A stretch of DNA of 64,000 nucleotides from a virus, in IMG/VR virus record IMGVR_UViG_3300020183_000053, positions 1 to 64,000 of that record; one strand, 5' to 3'. A model generated the notes under the pieces. It was given only the letters and a program-made list of their open reading frames with translations, searched no databases and was not told where the DNA came from. This document shows positions 45,401-54,454 of this stretch, piece by piece (positions within the stretch are counted from its first letter, which is position 1; the number at the start of each line of letters is the position of its first letter). The translations under genes and the position numbers were made by a program.

Positions 45401-45919
45401 AACCGCGACCACCCGGTTGAACGCCGTGCTGTACGCCAGCGCATAGTGCCCGGCTGCGACCTTGGCGGTGCTCCACGGGTGGTGCGCGCCCTGCTGATAC
45501 CGCAGGTCGTGCGCGCCCCGCGTTTCGGTGGCGGGGTCAGTCTCGTAACGCCAGCCCCATTCAGCACCTTCGAACAGCCCACCAGTGGACAGCAGCTGCA
45601 GCACCACGCCAGTCGGCCCAGGCTGCGGGGTGCCGGGCGTGGTGTCCCACGCGCCCGCCAGGAACGGCAGCAGGTCGCCCTCGTTCGCGCTGTCAGGGTA
45701 GGCAGTGCCCAGCCGGGCACCGCGCTGGCTGGTGGCCCCGGACAGCACGTTGCCCCGCAGCGGGGCGTCCTGCGTCAGCAGGAACGCACGCGGCTCGGCG
45801 CGCTCTGCCTGCGGGTCGCGGTCGGCCCACACCACCTCGGCCACCGCACCGAACGCCGTGCCAGTGGTCACACCACGGTGCACCACAGCAGCGACACCGC
45901 CTGCAGCCTTCGCAGCCAT
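42485..45919 (-). CDS. Large tail-tip protein with Asp-box repeats and a Dit-like C-terminus
   Basis: SRDGGATW and SADRGATW Asp boxes; C-terminal TAVSG.R...RR.I ... LSVRFEE. Confidence 0.65.
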   Translation of the reverse strand: MAAKAAGGVAAVVHRGVTTGTAFGAVAEVVWADRDPQAERAEPRAFLLTQDAPLRGNVLSGATSQRGARLGTAYPDSANEGDLLPFLAGAWDTTPGTPQPGPTGVVLQLLSTGGLFEGAEWGWRYETDPATETRGAHDLRYQQGAHHPWSTAKVAAGHYALAYSTAFNRVVAVRLRQGTTTFDVAYRSLATTDPAAGYTTTSYSPPVGRLPTFADYSSIVELPDGSLRWFYVYRPNPAVFSHDVDMLTSRDGGATWTLATPGIVSAAYGTTHDIYRMQAAVSGDWLRLELWLGSTVTQGIASAYSADRGATWGLSVAEPDGLDDLGNSDSANKQERFAIVGLGTLDGAFFRVRATAAGIWRYEFASRDGAWSPMGSPVGFIPSVGNSKSLFLARGGAFVYLLVHTDNGAGDNRFGNYSFLIPLDRLQAGWSAAAPRVGEWLLWGDDILGHTGSMRYAPKGGTLAWLGDRVGLLAGGIDRETGTGTANWKPGTLSYWSAYSRRPVHRDAGVLTDEFGSLFTNYWSTQYGPPAYSGASAFTPWGASFAGTPLLTWATDATQVTVGTASRLAFSVSQAAAGVTQFMAEDGVLGWTCRATAGTGGTQPSAVSAPAMRAPRWGVGLQALSSAGLSFAVGVHLSNDGRVGIYDPNAVTTLFLAPQNTLAGITTGIWYDFRVGLQTAGGTTRADLAWSRAGDNVWTSTGPLTLTSGVLPTAFQRVDWGHLSVQAGATFTHEWREAWWSRVSSLGQYAPSSPGDLRGWLAAAEPQHVAQGVAVRWGGGGGFAGDKFAAPVRYEYGGDQLATPSPDSEWRSTTTGEQQLLLDAQRAAVAANEVVRFKHSGLAVVGTNSRYLVLEYGDDAGLSAPSRIYVDGRRYTTTLQSQTLASNSVRVNPADCAAWRDGELAGHYCRAQVHALSTNPGIVRIATNHGDTIHFAGLTQGLFSYGITSGVTLDIWGDRHLLAFDDYPQGVRVIADPTSSGTRRADNDFPRYLRITIPSSTAQGAPPEGYWRVGALVAGMTLPITVPLDWRGTDEQAGNVQVTTAVSGARSAYVAGTPRRTITGTSEGDVERWREAFRATVRHLGRYGAQPLVLCTDDQQQNGSMLYARFLESTELENAAWRYDTTTQRWVQVGDLSVRFEEEL

Positions 45920-46956
45920 CACGACGCCCCGTAGCGGAGGGCAAGGTTGTCCAGATCGGCGGCTGCCCACCCGCTGCCGCCGGGCTTATCGGTGCGCAGC
46001 AGGCTGCACAGGCCGCCACCAGTGTTCATCCCGGTGGCGCTGCTGCTGGCAATACTGGCGCCCAGCGCCATCCCTGCGGTGCCATTCGGCAAGGCACCGT
46101 CACCAGCGCCAGCCACCTCCACCTGCACCGCCTGCACGGCGGGCGAAGTCCACGCAGCGTTGACAGCGTTGCGGTTCTGCAGGTTCACCTGCAGGGTGCT
46201 GGCGGTGGTGGTGCGACAATCGCTGGCGTCTGCCGCGTCCAGCAGCGCGGAATGAATACTGGCGGCGCCGAATGGCACCCACGCGCCGCTGATGTCGTCG
46301 GCGTTGGGGCGCAGCCCCTGCACCCAGGTGGTGCGGTCCACCGGGTCCGCACTGCTGCCCCACACCACCGTGTGGTCGTGGTAGCAGGTGGCACCAGCGC
46401 CGGACATCGGCGCACCCCATCGGGCAGTGTCCACCGCGTCGGCGGTGGTCTTTGCCACGCTGCGGCTGAGCACCTGCACGCCGTCCACCCACAGGGTGCA
46501 GGTGATGCTGCCGCCTGTGTAGCTCCACCGCAGCGCCAGCCGGAGCCACCTGCCCGTGGTCACCAGCGCGCTGGTGGTGCCCACTGTGGCGCCGTTATGC
46601 TTGACGGTGAGGCGGGTGCTGTTCCCGGTGTCGGCGGCGTAGATGCCAGCCACCTCCAGGCCGCCAGTGTCGTACACAGCCAGCAGCGGGACCGTGCTGG
46701 CTGCCGCGAACGGCTGCGCGGCGCGGAAGGTGCTGTTGATGCCGCCCCCGCTGGGCACCGAAAACGCTGGTCCAGTCCGCAGCCACCCGTCAGCTGTCAG
46801 CGACAGGCTGGTGTCGCCGCCACCGTAGCCTGCGGGGTGCTGGTGGGTCACCGTGCGTTCGTTCGGGTCAGCGGTGCCTGCGCTTGACCACGCCGAGCCA
46901 GTGTAGAACGCCAGCGGCGCCCGCACTTCCCATCCCCACGTCCACACGATGGCCAT
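45919..46956 (-). CDS. Minor tail protein (LamG/concanavalin-like beta domain)
   Basis: Directly after the tape measure gene; G.W..LAL.W....LWVDG. Confidence 0.6.
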   Translation of the reverse strand: MAIVWTWGWEVRAPLAFYTGSAWSSAGTADPNERTVTHQHPAGYGGGDTSLSLTADGWLRTGPAFSVPSGGGINSTFRAAQPFAAASTVPLLAVYDTGGLEVAGIYAADTGNSTRLTVKHNGATVGTTSALVTTGRWLRLALRWSYTGGSITCTLWVDGVQVLSRSVAKTTADAVDTARWGAPMSGAGATCYHDHTVVWGSSADPVDRTTWVQGLRPNADDISGAWVPFGAASIHSALLDAADASDCRTTTASTLQVNLQNRNAVNAAWTSPAVQAVQVEVAGAGDGALPNGTAGMALGASIASSSATGMNTGGGLCSLLRTDKPGGSGWAAADLDNLALRYGAS

Positions 46957-46973
46957 GCTGCCTCCCGCCTGCC

Positions 46974-49900
46974 TTAGAACCTGCCACGGTCGAACCCGAC
47001 GTGCACGCCCGCCCGCAGTGTAGTGCGGCGCAGCTCTCGCTGCAGCCTCGGGGCCTCGCCCCGCTGGCCAGCCGTGAACAGCGCCTCGTCCAGCGTGCGC
47101 CCGTTGGCCTGCACCACCACCTGCAGCTGCTGCCCAGCGGCTGCGCCTGCACCACCAGCCACCGCGCCCTGCATCGCCGTGGCGGCCTGCAGCATCGCGC
47201 TGGCCAGCCCCGCAGCTGCAGGCACCTCCAGCTCGCCGGGCGTGTAGCCACGCGCCGCTGGTGCCAGCCCAGCAGCCAGCTGCCCACCCATAGCGTCCAG
47301 TGCCTGCCGTAGCAGGTCGGCGGGGCGCTGCGCAGCGATCACATAGTCACCCGGTGCAAACCGGGCGCTCAGCCCATCGGTGCCTGCCTTCACGGCACCG
47401 GGCGTGTCGCCGAACGATGAAGTCTCCGCGCGGCCCAGCGTGAAAATCTCGGTCAGCACGTCCTTGAAGAACTGCACCAGCCGCTGCAGGCCCGCCACGA
47501 CAGCCTCACCGATGCCCCGCGCCAGTGTGGCCAGCGCCTCACCGAGAGCCAGCACCAGCCCCACAGTCAGCTCGTACAGAATGGCAGGCAGGCTCTTGAT
47601 GATAGCGGGCACCAGCTCGGTGATGAACGCCACCACCAGGGTGGGGACAAGCCCGATGAGCGCGGTCACAATCTGCGGCAGTGCGTTAGCGACACCACCG
47701 ATAACCGCAGGAATAAGCCGAACAATCGCTGAGATAAGCTGCGGCAGCATCGTGATGATGGCCACAATCAAGTCGGGCAGCATGGCCACCACACCCACCA
47801 CGATGTCGGTCACGGCCAGCAGCAGCGCCTCCACGATGGACGGCAGCTGCAGTATCAGCTCCTCCACCAGCAGGGTGACCGCCTGCAGCAGTGCCGCCAC
47901 CAGCTGCGGCAGCTGCTGCACCACGCCCGTGATCAAGCGCGGCACCTCGGCCACCAGCACAGTCACCACCTGCAGCGCGCCCTGGGTGAGCGCCTGCACG
48001 ATGGTGGGCAGCTGGGCGATGACCACCTGCACCAGCCCCAGGGCGGCGTCCACCAGTGCGGGCACCAGCGCCTGCACCACCTGCACCAGCGCCTGCACCA
48101 GCTGCGGCACAGCGCGCAGCACGGTGTCCACCAGCACAGGCACCAGATCAATCAACGCCACCACCGCCTGCAGCAGTGCGGGCAGCGCGGCCTGCAGCGC
48201 GGCCACCAGCGCCTGCACCAGCGCGGGCAGCTGCTCCACCAGCGCCTGCACCAGCACGCCCACACTGTCGGCCAGCGCCTGCACCACAGTGGGCAGCTCG
48301 GCCACCAGGGCGGCCACCAGGGCGCCCGCAGCCTGGGCCAGCGTGCCAGCCAGCCCAGGCAGCGCAGCGGCGAACTGCTGCACCAGGGCGGGCAGCTCGG
48401 CAGCCAGCGCCTGCAGCGCCGCAGGTGCTGCCTCCACGAACGTGGCCAGCAGGTCGCTGGCGCCGCCCAGCAGCTCCTGCACGTACAGCACCGCACCCTC
48501 TGCTGCCGTGGCGGGAAGCCCAGCCAGCGCGGCCTCGTAGTCGGCGGGCGACAGCTCACCGGCTGCCAGCTGCTCCTGCAGTGCGGCGGCGTCGGCCATG
48601 CCGCTGGCAGCAGCGTCCACCGCACCGGACAGGCTGAACGCGAACCCGGTCAGCTGCCCGAACAGGTCCACCACACCACGCGCGGCGCTGGCGATACCCA
48701 CACCGATGGCGCGGGCCACCGCCAGCGCGGCGCGTTGCACAGCGCCGAAGGCTGCGGCCATCACCTGGGCGGCCTTGCTCGTTTCTTCGGCAGTATCCTC
48801 GCCCGCTGCAATGATGGCAGCGGCATAGTGTGCCACCACTGCCTGCCGCTCGGCCAGCTGGTCCTCACCCAGCCGTGCCAGCAGGGCGTCCCGCTCACGC
48901 TCCAGCTCGATCACCTTGCGGTTCTGGCCAGCGGTCAGCAGCACCACCTCTTCAGTGAGCTTGCGTTTCTGCTCCAGCACCCGCGCGTCATACACTGCAT
49001 TGATTTCGGCTATCTGCTGCTCGGTTGCCTCGCTGTTCGCCGCCAGGGTGCGCAGCCGGTCCAGCTCGATGCGCTCCAGCTCATTCATCCTGCCTTCCGC
49101 GTCGGACAGCTGCAGCTGCTCGATCTCGGCGTTGATGGCTGTGTATGTCTCACGCACCCGCGCCAGCGTTTCGGCAGCCTCCACCTCTTCCAGCCGGGCG
49201 CGCGCCTGCATGAACCTCAGCATCACGTCCAGCCGCTCGGCGCTGCCCGCCTCATACAGTGCCAGCTCCTGCTGGAACTCCAGCTCCAGGGCGGCGCGCC
49301 GGGCGGTGGTGCGCGCCTGCAGGTCGGCCCGCTCACGCTCAGCGGCGGTGCGCCCTGCGGCGGCCAGCGCATCGTCCAGCTGCTGCACCAGTGCCTGCTG
49401 CTCCTGCTGCTGCTGCGCCGCAGCGTCGGCACGCACCACCGCCACCACGCGGGCGCGCTCCTGCTCGGCGGCGCGCACCTTGGCAGTCTGCCGACCATAT
49501 GCGGCCACCTCCGCGTCGAATACCTTGTTCAGATCTGCCAGCTCGTTTTGAAGCTCCAGGGCGGCCTGCTGGGCGGCCTGTACCTGCCGCCGGGCGATTG
49601 CGTCCTCGACCCGCTCCACAGCTTTCAGTCGCGCCTCGTATGCCTTCTTTGCCTCGTCCGCGCCAGCCTTGGCCGCCTTGCCTGCCCCCTCGTCCTCGTC
49701 GGCCATGCGCCCGGTGCTGGCCGCCGCAAGGTGTGCGGCGATCTCTTTTTTGGCCAGTGCCTGCGTTGCCAGGGTGGCACCCTGCGCCAGCCCCTCGGCC
49801 TTCTCGCGCGCGTCATCGACACGTGCCGCAAGCTCTTGCGCCCGCGCCCGTGCCTCCTCTATGCTGCCCGCCAGCCCCTGGATCTGCGTTTTGAACGCCA

Positions 49901-51887
49901 CCGTGGCCTGCCCACCAGCCTGGGTGAACGTGTCATAGGTGTCGATAGCCTTAGTGTACCGGGCCAGCTCGCGGTTCAGGGTGGCCACCTCCCCACGCGC
50001 CGCGCCCTGCGCCTGCTGCAGTGCCGCAGCGGCGTCAGCTGCCTGGGTGCTGGTGTCGTATTGCAGCTGCAGTGCGGTGGCGTGGTCCAGCACCACCTCG
50101 GTGCCGCCCAGCGTGGCGACGAACAGATTGCCGCTCGCCAGCCCAGCCTGCACACTGGCAGTGTCCAGCGCCTGCAGGCGCTCCAGCTGCTGGTCCAGCG
50201 TGCTGGTCAGCTCGCCCTCGGCCTGCAGCTGCAGCTGCAGCTGGCCCAGGCGCACGCCCTGCTGCGCCGCCAGGGCGTCGGCGGCGGCACGCTGCGCCTG
50301 CGCCCGCGCCTCTTGGTCCGCTGCCAGTGCCGCCTCGGCGGCGCGCAGCCGTTCGGCTGCGGCCTCGGCCTCGTTGGTGGTGGAAACAAGGTAGATGAGG
50401 CCAGCCACCAGCGTGCCGACAGCAGCTACCACTGCGTAGATGCCACCAGTGGCAGCGGTCAGTGCCAGCATCACCGCGCGAATGCTGCCGCCCATCGCGG
50501 TCAGCGCGGTGATGCCGCCCTGCACAGCGATAGTGAACACGCGCACCTTGTCGGCCACCCATACCAGCAGCATCGTTTTCGCAAGCGTGTCCAGCGTTGG
50601 AATCATGCGCACCAGCAGAACCACGGCGTCCCGCAGGCCAGCCACGAAGTCCACGAAGGTGGTGGCAATCATGGCGCGGTTCTCGCGCAGGAACTTGACC
50701 GCCTGCCCCACCATCTGCTCAAAGCTGTTACCGATGGTGCCAGCTGATCGGTTGAAAACAGCGGCCACGTAAGCGATAGTGCTGGCAAGCTCGTCAAGCA
50801 GGTCGCCCAGCGGCCCCTTCATGGTGTCGAACAGCGACAGCATGAGTTCTTGGAACGCTGACAGGGCAATATCGAACCGCCCTTGCACCGTGTCCGTCAT
50901 CCTGTTGTAGAGCACCTCGGCCTGCCCGGCGCTGTTTTCCACTTGATCGAGCAGTGTATAGTATCCTGTAGTGCTGTCCCCGAACTGTCGCGCAATCTGC
51001 GCCACGTTGGCACCACTGCGCTGCCCGAACACGTCGAGGGCGTCGCTGGTGGTCATGGACACACGCCCCACCGTCGTCATGATTTCAGCGAAGCTGTGCA
51101 GTTCGGGGTTGATGTCCTGCGCCGTCAGCCCATACTTGGCCAGCGTGCGCTGCGCGTCCTCGGTTACGTTGGCTGCGGCAGACAGCGCCATGCGAAAGTT
51201 CGTGCCCGCCATCGAGCCTTCGAGGCCCAGGTTTCGGAACTGCGCCACCGCTGCCGTCGTTTCCTCAAGCGAGTACCCGAAGCCTGCGCCAACGGTGCCA
51301 GCGTATTTCATGGCCTCGCGCAAGCTCTCCACGTCAAAAAGCGACTTGCGCAGTGCAGTGCTGAACACGTCGGCCACTCGGCCCGCCTGTGTAGCGTCAA
51401 GCTGAAACTGCGACAGGGTGGCAGCGGTGAGCGAGGTCGCCGTGGCCATGTCGGTGCCCGCGCCAGCCGCGAACAGCAGCGCCGGGCCGCTGCTGTTCAG
51501 AATGGCGTTCACGCTCATGCCAGCGCGCGCGAAGTCCTGCATCGCCGTGGCGGCCTCGGTCGCCGTGAACTTTGTGCTGGCTCCAAGCTCGCGCGCGCGC
51601 GCGGTCAGCTGCGCCAGCTCGGTGTCGCTGGCACCAGCCACGGCGCCCACCGTGGTGATGGCCTGCTCAAAATCGGCGCCCACCTTGACCGCAGCCACAC
51701 CGAACGCGGCTAACGCTGCACCAGCCGCAGCCAGTGCACCCGTCACAGCTGTGTCGAGACTGTCCGCGAACTTTACGCCAGCCCCCTGCATCTGCTCCAG
51801 CGCGCTGGTGGCGCCCTTGATACCACCACGGAACTGGCTGTCCTCCAGTCCCAGCTCGACCAGCAGCTTGCCGATGGTTGACGCCAT
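46974..51887 (-). CDS. Tape measure protein
   Basis: TP901-type core (AR.LG.ST.FTA.E.A; G..GS.AGT), long coiled coils and 11-residue amphipathic repeats; ~1640 aa. Confidence 0.95.
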   Translation of the reverse strand: MASTIGKLLVELGLEDSQFRGGIKGATSALEQMQGAGVKFADSLDTAVTGALAAAGAALAAFGVAAVKVGADFEQAITTVGAVAGASDTELAQLTARARELGASTKFTATEAATAMQDFARAGMSVNAILNSSGPALLFAAGAGTDMATATSLTAATLSQFQLDATQAGRVADVFSTALRKSLFDVESLREAMKYAGTVGAGFGYSLEETTAAVAQFRNLGLEGSMAGTNFRMALSAAANVTEDAQRTLAKYGLTAQDINPELHSFAEIMTTVGRVSMTTSDALDVFGQRSGANVAQIARQFGDSTTGYYTLLDQVENSAGQAEVLYNRMTDTVQGRFDIALSAFQELMLSLFDTMKGPLGDLLDELASTIAYVAAVFNRSAGTIGNSFEQMVGQAVKFLRENRAMIATTFVDFVAGLRDAVVLLVRMIPTLDTLAKTMLLVWVADKVRVFTIAVQGGITALTAMGGSIRAVMLALTAATGGIYAVVAAVGTLVAGLIYLVSTTNEAEAAAERLRAAEAALAADQEARAQAQRAAADALAAQQGVRLGQLQLQLQAEGELTSTLDQQLERLQALDTASVQAGLASGNLFVATLGGTEVVLDHATALQLQYDTSTQAADAAAALQQAQGAARGEVATLNRELARYTKAIDTYDTFTQAGGQATVAFKTQIQGLAGSIEEARARAQELAARVDDAREKAEGLAQGATLATQALAKKEIAAHLAAASTGRMADEDEGAGKAAKAGADEAKKAYEARLKAVERVEDAIARRQVQAAQQAALELQNELADLNKVFDAEVAAYGRQTAKVRAAEQERARVVAVVRADAAAQQQQEQQALVQQLDDALAAAGRTAAERERADLQARTTARRAALELEFQQELALYEAGSAERLDVMLRFMQARARLEEVEAAETLARVRETYTAINAEIEQLQLSDAEGRMNELERIELDRLRTLAANSEATEQQIAEINAVYDARVLEQKRKLTEEVVLLTAGQNRKVIELERERDALLARLGEDQLAERQAVVAHYAAAIIAAGEDTAEETSKAAQVMAAAFGAVQRAALAVARAIGVGIASAARGVVDLFGQLTGFAFSLSGAVDAAASGMADAAALQEQLAAGELSPADYEAALAGLPATAAEGAVLYVQELLGGASDLLATFVEAAPAALQALAAELPALVQQFAAALPGLAGTLAQAAGALVAALVAELPTVVQALADSVGVLVQALVEQLPALVQALVAALQAALPALLQAVVALIDLVPVLVDTVLRAVPQLVQALVQVVQALVPALVDAALGLVQVVIAQLPTIVQALTQGALQVVTVLVAEVPRLITGVVQQLPQLVAALLQAVTLLVEELILQLPSIVEALLLAVTDIVVGVVAMLPDLIVAIITMLPQLISAIVRLIPAVIGGVANALPQIVTALIGLVPTLVVAFITELVPAIIKSLPAILYELTVGLVLALGEALATLARGIGEAVVAGLQRLVQFFKDVLTEIFTLGRAETSSFGDTPGAVKAGTDGLSARFAPGDYVIAAQRPADLLRQALDAMGGQLAAGLAPAARGYTPGELEVPAAAGLASAMLQAATAMQGAVAGGAGAAAGQQLQVVVQANGRTLDEALFTAGQRGEAPRLQRELRRTTLRAGVHVGFDRGRF

Positions 51888-51934
51888 GATCACGCTCCCG
51901 CCTGCATCCTATCGCACGGGTGGCCTGGGCGGGG

Positions 51935-52321
51935 CTACACGTCCTCGACAGGCAGGCCCAGGGCGGCCAGCTGTGCAGCCACGTCACGGTGGCCACCTGC
52001 TGGCGGCGGCTGTGCAGCTGCCTGGGCTGCCTGCGCCGCACGTGCGCGGGCTGGCTTCTTCACCTTGCCACCCAGCGCGCTGCTGATGGCACCCAGCACC
52101 AGATTCGCCTGCTCGGCTTTGTACGCCACCACGCACTGCGACACCACGTGCAGCTGCTGCCACGTGAGGCCCAGCACGTCGTCAAGCGTCCACCCGCTGC
52201 CGAACAGCATCCCCAGCCCCTGCTGCAGCTGCTCGATGGTTAGCCCGGCTGCGGCCCCACTCCGCTCGCCAGCACCTGCACTCCCTGCCCCAGCCTCCGC
52301 ACGAACCGCTCCGAGAAAGGG
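51935..52321 (-). CDS. Tail assembly chaperone, -1 frameshift extension (gpGT-like)
   Basis: Open -1 frame from the slippery site into MLFGSGWTLDDVLGLTW. Confidence 0.7.
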   Translation of the reverse strand, partial: PFLGAVRAEAGAGSAGAGERSGAAAGLTIEQLQQGLGMLFGSGWTLDDVLGLTWQQLHVVSQCVVAYKAEQANLVLGAISSALGGKVKKPARARAAQAAQAAAQPPPAGGHRDVAAQLAALGLPVEDV

Positions 52322-52707
52322 ACGAGGGACACAGCCAGCTCCTCGATAGGCAGCACGTCCAGCGGGTCGCGCCCCTGCAGGGCGTCGGGGTAGGCAGCGG
52401 CGAACGCCTTGCCCAGCAGCTCAGCCACCTGCTCGTCCGTTGCCAGCTGCACCACCGCGTCCACCAGCCCAGCGGTGCCAGTGCCACGCACCAGCCCGAT
52501 GGCTTCACCCAGCTGCGGCAGCTCGGCCAGTGCCTTGATGAGACGAAATACCTGCACCTGACGCCGCGCCGGGATTGCGCCGGGCAGTGTCACCTGGGTG
52601 CCGTCCACGGTGCGCACCTGCACCTGCTCGGGCGGCACCAGCTTGTCCAGCAGTGCAGTCAGCTGAGCGTTGAAGTCGGGGTTGATGGCGTTGTCGGGCT
52701 GGCTCAC
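52240..52707 (-). CDS. Tail assembly chaperone (gpG-like)
   Basis: Between tail tube and tape measure; GGAGG RBS. Confidence 0.8.
   Translation of the reverse strand: MSQPDNAINPDFNAQLTALLDKLVPPEQVQVRTVDGTQVTLPGAIPARRQVQVFRLIKALAELPQLGEAIGLVRGTGTAGLVDAVVQLATDEQVAELLGKAFAAAYPDALQGRDPLDVLPIEELAVSLVPFSERFVRRLGQGVQVLASGVGPQPG
52315..52321 (-). other. -1 ribosomal slippery heptamer C CCT TTC
   Basis: XXXYYYZ heptamer in the correct phase near the 3' end of the chaperone gene. Confidence 0.7.
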
Positions 52708-52733
52708 GGTGCACCTCCTGCGGCGTCGTGGTT

Positions 52734-52742
52734 ACTGTATCA
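52734..52742 (-). promoter_or_regulatory. Extended -10-like element TGATACAGT
   Basis: Identical to 61958-61966; intergenic, upstream of an RBS. Confidence 0.5.
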
Positions 52743-52832
52743 CGCCACCAGCCGCACCGGAACGCACGAACGGCGCAGCGTGGCGGTGCTCGCCTCACTG
52801 CGCCGCAGGGCGGCAGGTGCTGCCAGTAGCCG

Positions 52833-53384
52833 TCAGAGCTGGCGCTCCAGCTTGATCAGCTGCACGCGGGGCGCCAGGGCGTTGCCGTTCCAGTCGGTCG
52901 CCGAGCGGAGCGCGGTGTAGGAATACTCGAACTGATGCTCGTCCTGGCCCAGCGGCAGGGTGAGGCCCATGTCGCTGGTGGCCTTCCAGACGTACACGTT
53001 CATCGTATTGCCCGTGACCGCCATGTGGTGCTGGACCCATAGCGCACACTGTGTCACGATGGGGTCGCCGCCGAAGCTGAACGTCTCGGCGCTGCCCGAC
53101 ACGGTGGTGGTGCCAGCACCCATCGCCCGCGCGAAGTTATCGAAGTTCCACTCGATGCCGCTCACGGTCACCTTCGCGCCCTGGGTCTGCGCGAAGTTAT
53201 AGACAGGGATCTTGGGGTTTCCCTGGCTGATGTACCGCTTTTCGCTGGTGATCTCGATGCTGACACCATCCTCGGTGATGCTGCCCACGTCCACGGTGGG
53301 CGTGGCGCCAGCCACTCCCAGGTAGAGCACGGCGGGGCCGAAGCTGATGTCGTTGGTGGTTACGGTGGGGACGTTGAACGGCAC
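52833..53384 (-). CDS. Major tail tube protein
   Basis: ISFGPA.LY, G..T.DGV.I; siphovirus tube size and position. Confidence 0.85.
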   Translation of the reverse strand: MPFNVPTVTTNDISFGPAVLYLGVAGATPTVDVGSITEDGVSIEITSEKRYISQGNPKIPVYNFAQTQGAKVTVSGIEWNFDNFARAMGAGTTTVSGSAETFSFGGDPIVTQCALWVQHHMAVTGNTMNVYVWKATSDMGLTLPLGQDEHQFEYSYTALRSATDWNGNALAPRVQLIKLERQL

Positions 53385-53485
53385 GGGTGCCTCCGGTGCA
53401 CTGTGGGTGTTGGGCGTGGCACCGCTCGCGCCTCTCAGCGTCTGCTGCGGGATGCGCGCAGGGTATCACAGGCCACCCGGCTGGG

Positions 53486-53833
53486 CTACGGTCGGCGCGC
53501 GTCCTCCAGCCGGTTCCGCTGCCCGCAGCGGCGGCACGGCACCTCCACCACACCACCCGCACCTGGGCGCACGTAGCACACGAAGTCTTTGTAGCGCACC
53601 CGCAGCTCGTCTGTCTTTTCGTCGTATATGCCCAGGCGCGCGGCGCAGCTGGTGCAGCTCCACACGGTGTCACGCATCGTGGTGGCCTCGTCCCCGTCGC
53701 CGCTGCCGCTACCGCTGCTGGCGGCTGCTGCGGCCAGCACCGCCAGCTGCCCGGTCAGCGCCTGCACGGCAGCCTCCAGCTCGTGCAGGCCCACCTCCAG
53801 GCGGTGCAGCCGGGCGTCAGCGGGGGCTGCCAT
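53486..53833 (-). CDS. Zn-ribbon protein (Mu Com-like pattern)
   Basis: CTSCAARL ... VEVPCRRCGQRN. Confidence 0.55.
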   Translation of the reverse strand: MAAPADARLHRLEVGLHELEAAVQALTGQLAVLAAAAASSGSGSGDGDEATTMRDTVWSCTSCAARLGIYDEKTDELRVRYKDFVCYVRPGAGGVVEVPCRRCGQRNRLEDARRP

Positions 53834-54020
53834 CGCGCACCTCCAGCCGCACGGTGCGCCCGCAGGCACCGCAGCCCAGGATGGTGTCGCTGCCATCGCC
53901 ACGCGCCCGCCCGGCTGCAGCCTGGGCGGGCAGTGTGGCCAGCGTGGCGCCGCAGGTGCACCGCACCCGCAGCGGCGGTCCAGCCGGTGCGTTCCCGGCC
54001 TGCCAGTCCTGTGTCCTCAC
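53817..54020 (-). CDS. Small Zn-ribbon protein
   Basis: VRCTCGATLA ... CGACG; CAGGAG RBS. Confidence 0.5.
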   Translation of the reverse strand: MRTQDWQAGNAPAGPPLRVRCTCGATLATLPAQAAAGRARGDGSDTILGCGACGRTVRLEVRDGSPR

Positions 54021-54454
54021 TGTCCGCTCCTGTAACTGGCGCGCACAGCCCACTGACCGCGCGCAAAGTATGCCCTCGTCGCCTCGTTCCAGCCATCCTC
54101 GGGGCGCTCGGTTTCCACACAGTAGCCAGCCAGCGCGATGCCATTCCGGCGCAGCAGCTGGTGCTGCAGCGCGGCGGTGCACGCATCGTAGATCCGCGCT
54201 GCCGTGCCAGAGCTTTCCCGGTCATAGCAGAACAAGTCCATCGTAACGACTTGGAACGTGCTGGTGGGGCTGGTGCGGCCAGCCACCAGATCGAACACCA
54301 CCAGCGGATAGGTGGCGCCGCCCGCGTCTGGTGTGAGCAGGTGCGCGCCGTGCACCTGCGCACCCACCAGTGCGGCCACACCAGCGTCGGCCAGCAGGTG
54401 GCTGCGGACCAGCAGCTTCAGCTGCTCGATACTTGGCGCAGGGTTCAGTGGCAT
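54017..54454 (-). CDS. Tail terminator/completion protein
   Basis: L.AD..V.ALVG.....YP.VVF pattern (DUF3168-like). Confidence 0.75.
   Translation of the reverse strand: MPLNPAPSIEQLKLLVRSHLLADAGVAALVGAQVHGAHLLTPDAGGATYPLVVFDLVAGRTSPTSTFQVVTMDLFCYDRESSGTAARIYDACTAALQHQLLRRNGIALAGYCVETERPEDGWNEATRAYFARGQWAVRASYRSGQ

Noticed and set aside
47600-48450. Repetitive DNA in the tape measure gene as a repeat element or DGR
   Set aside because: Explained by ordinary 11-residue amphipathic TMP repeats; no reverse transcriptase or TR/VR pair seen.
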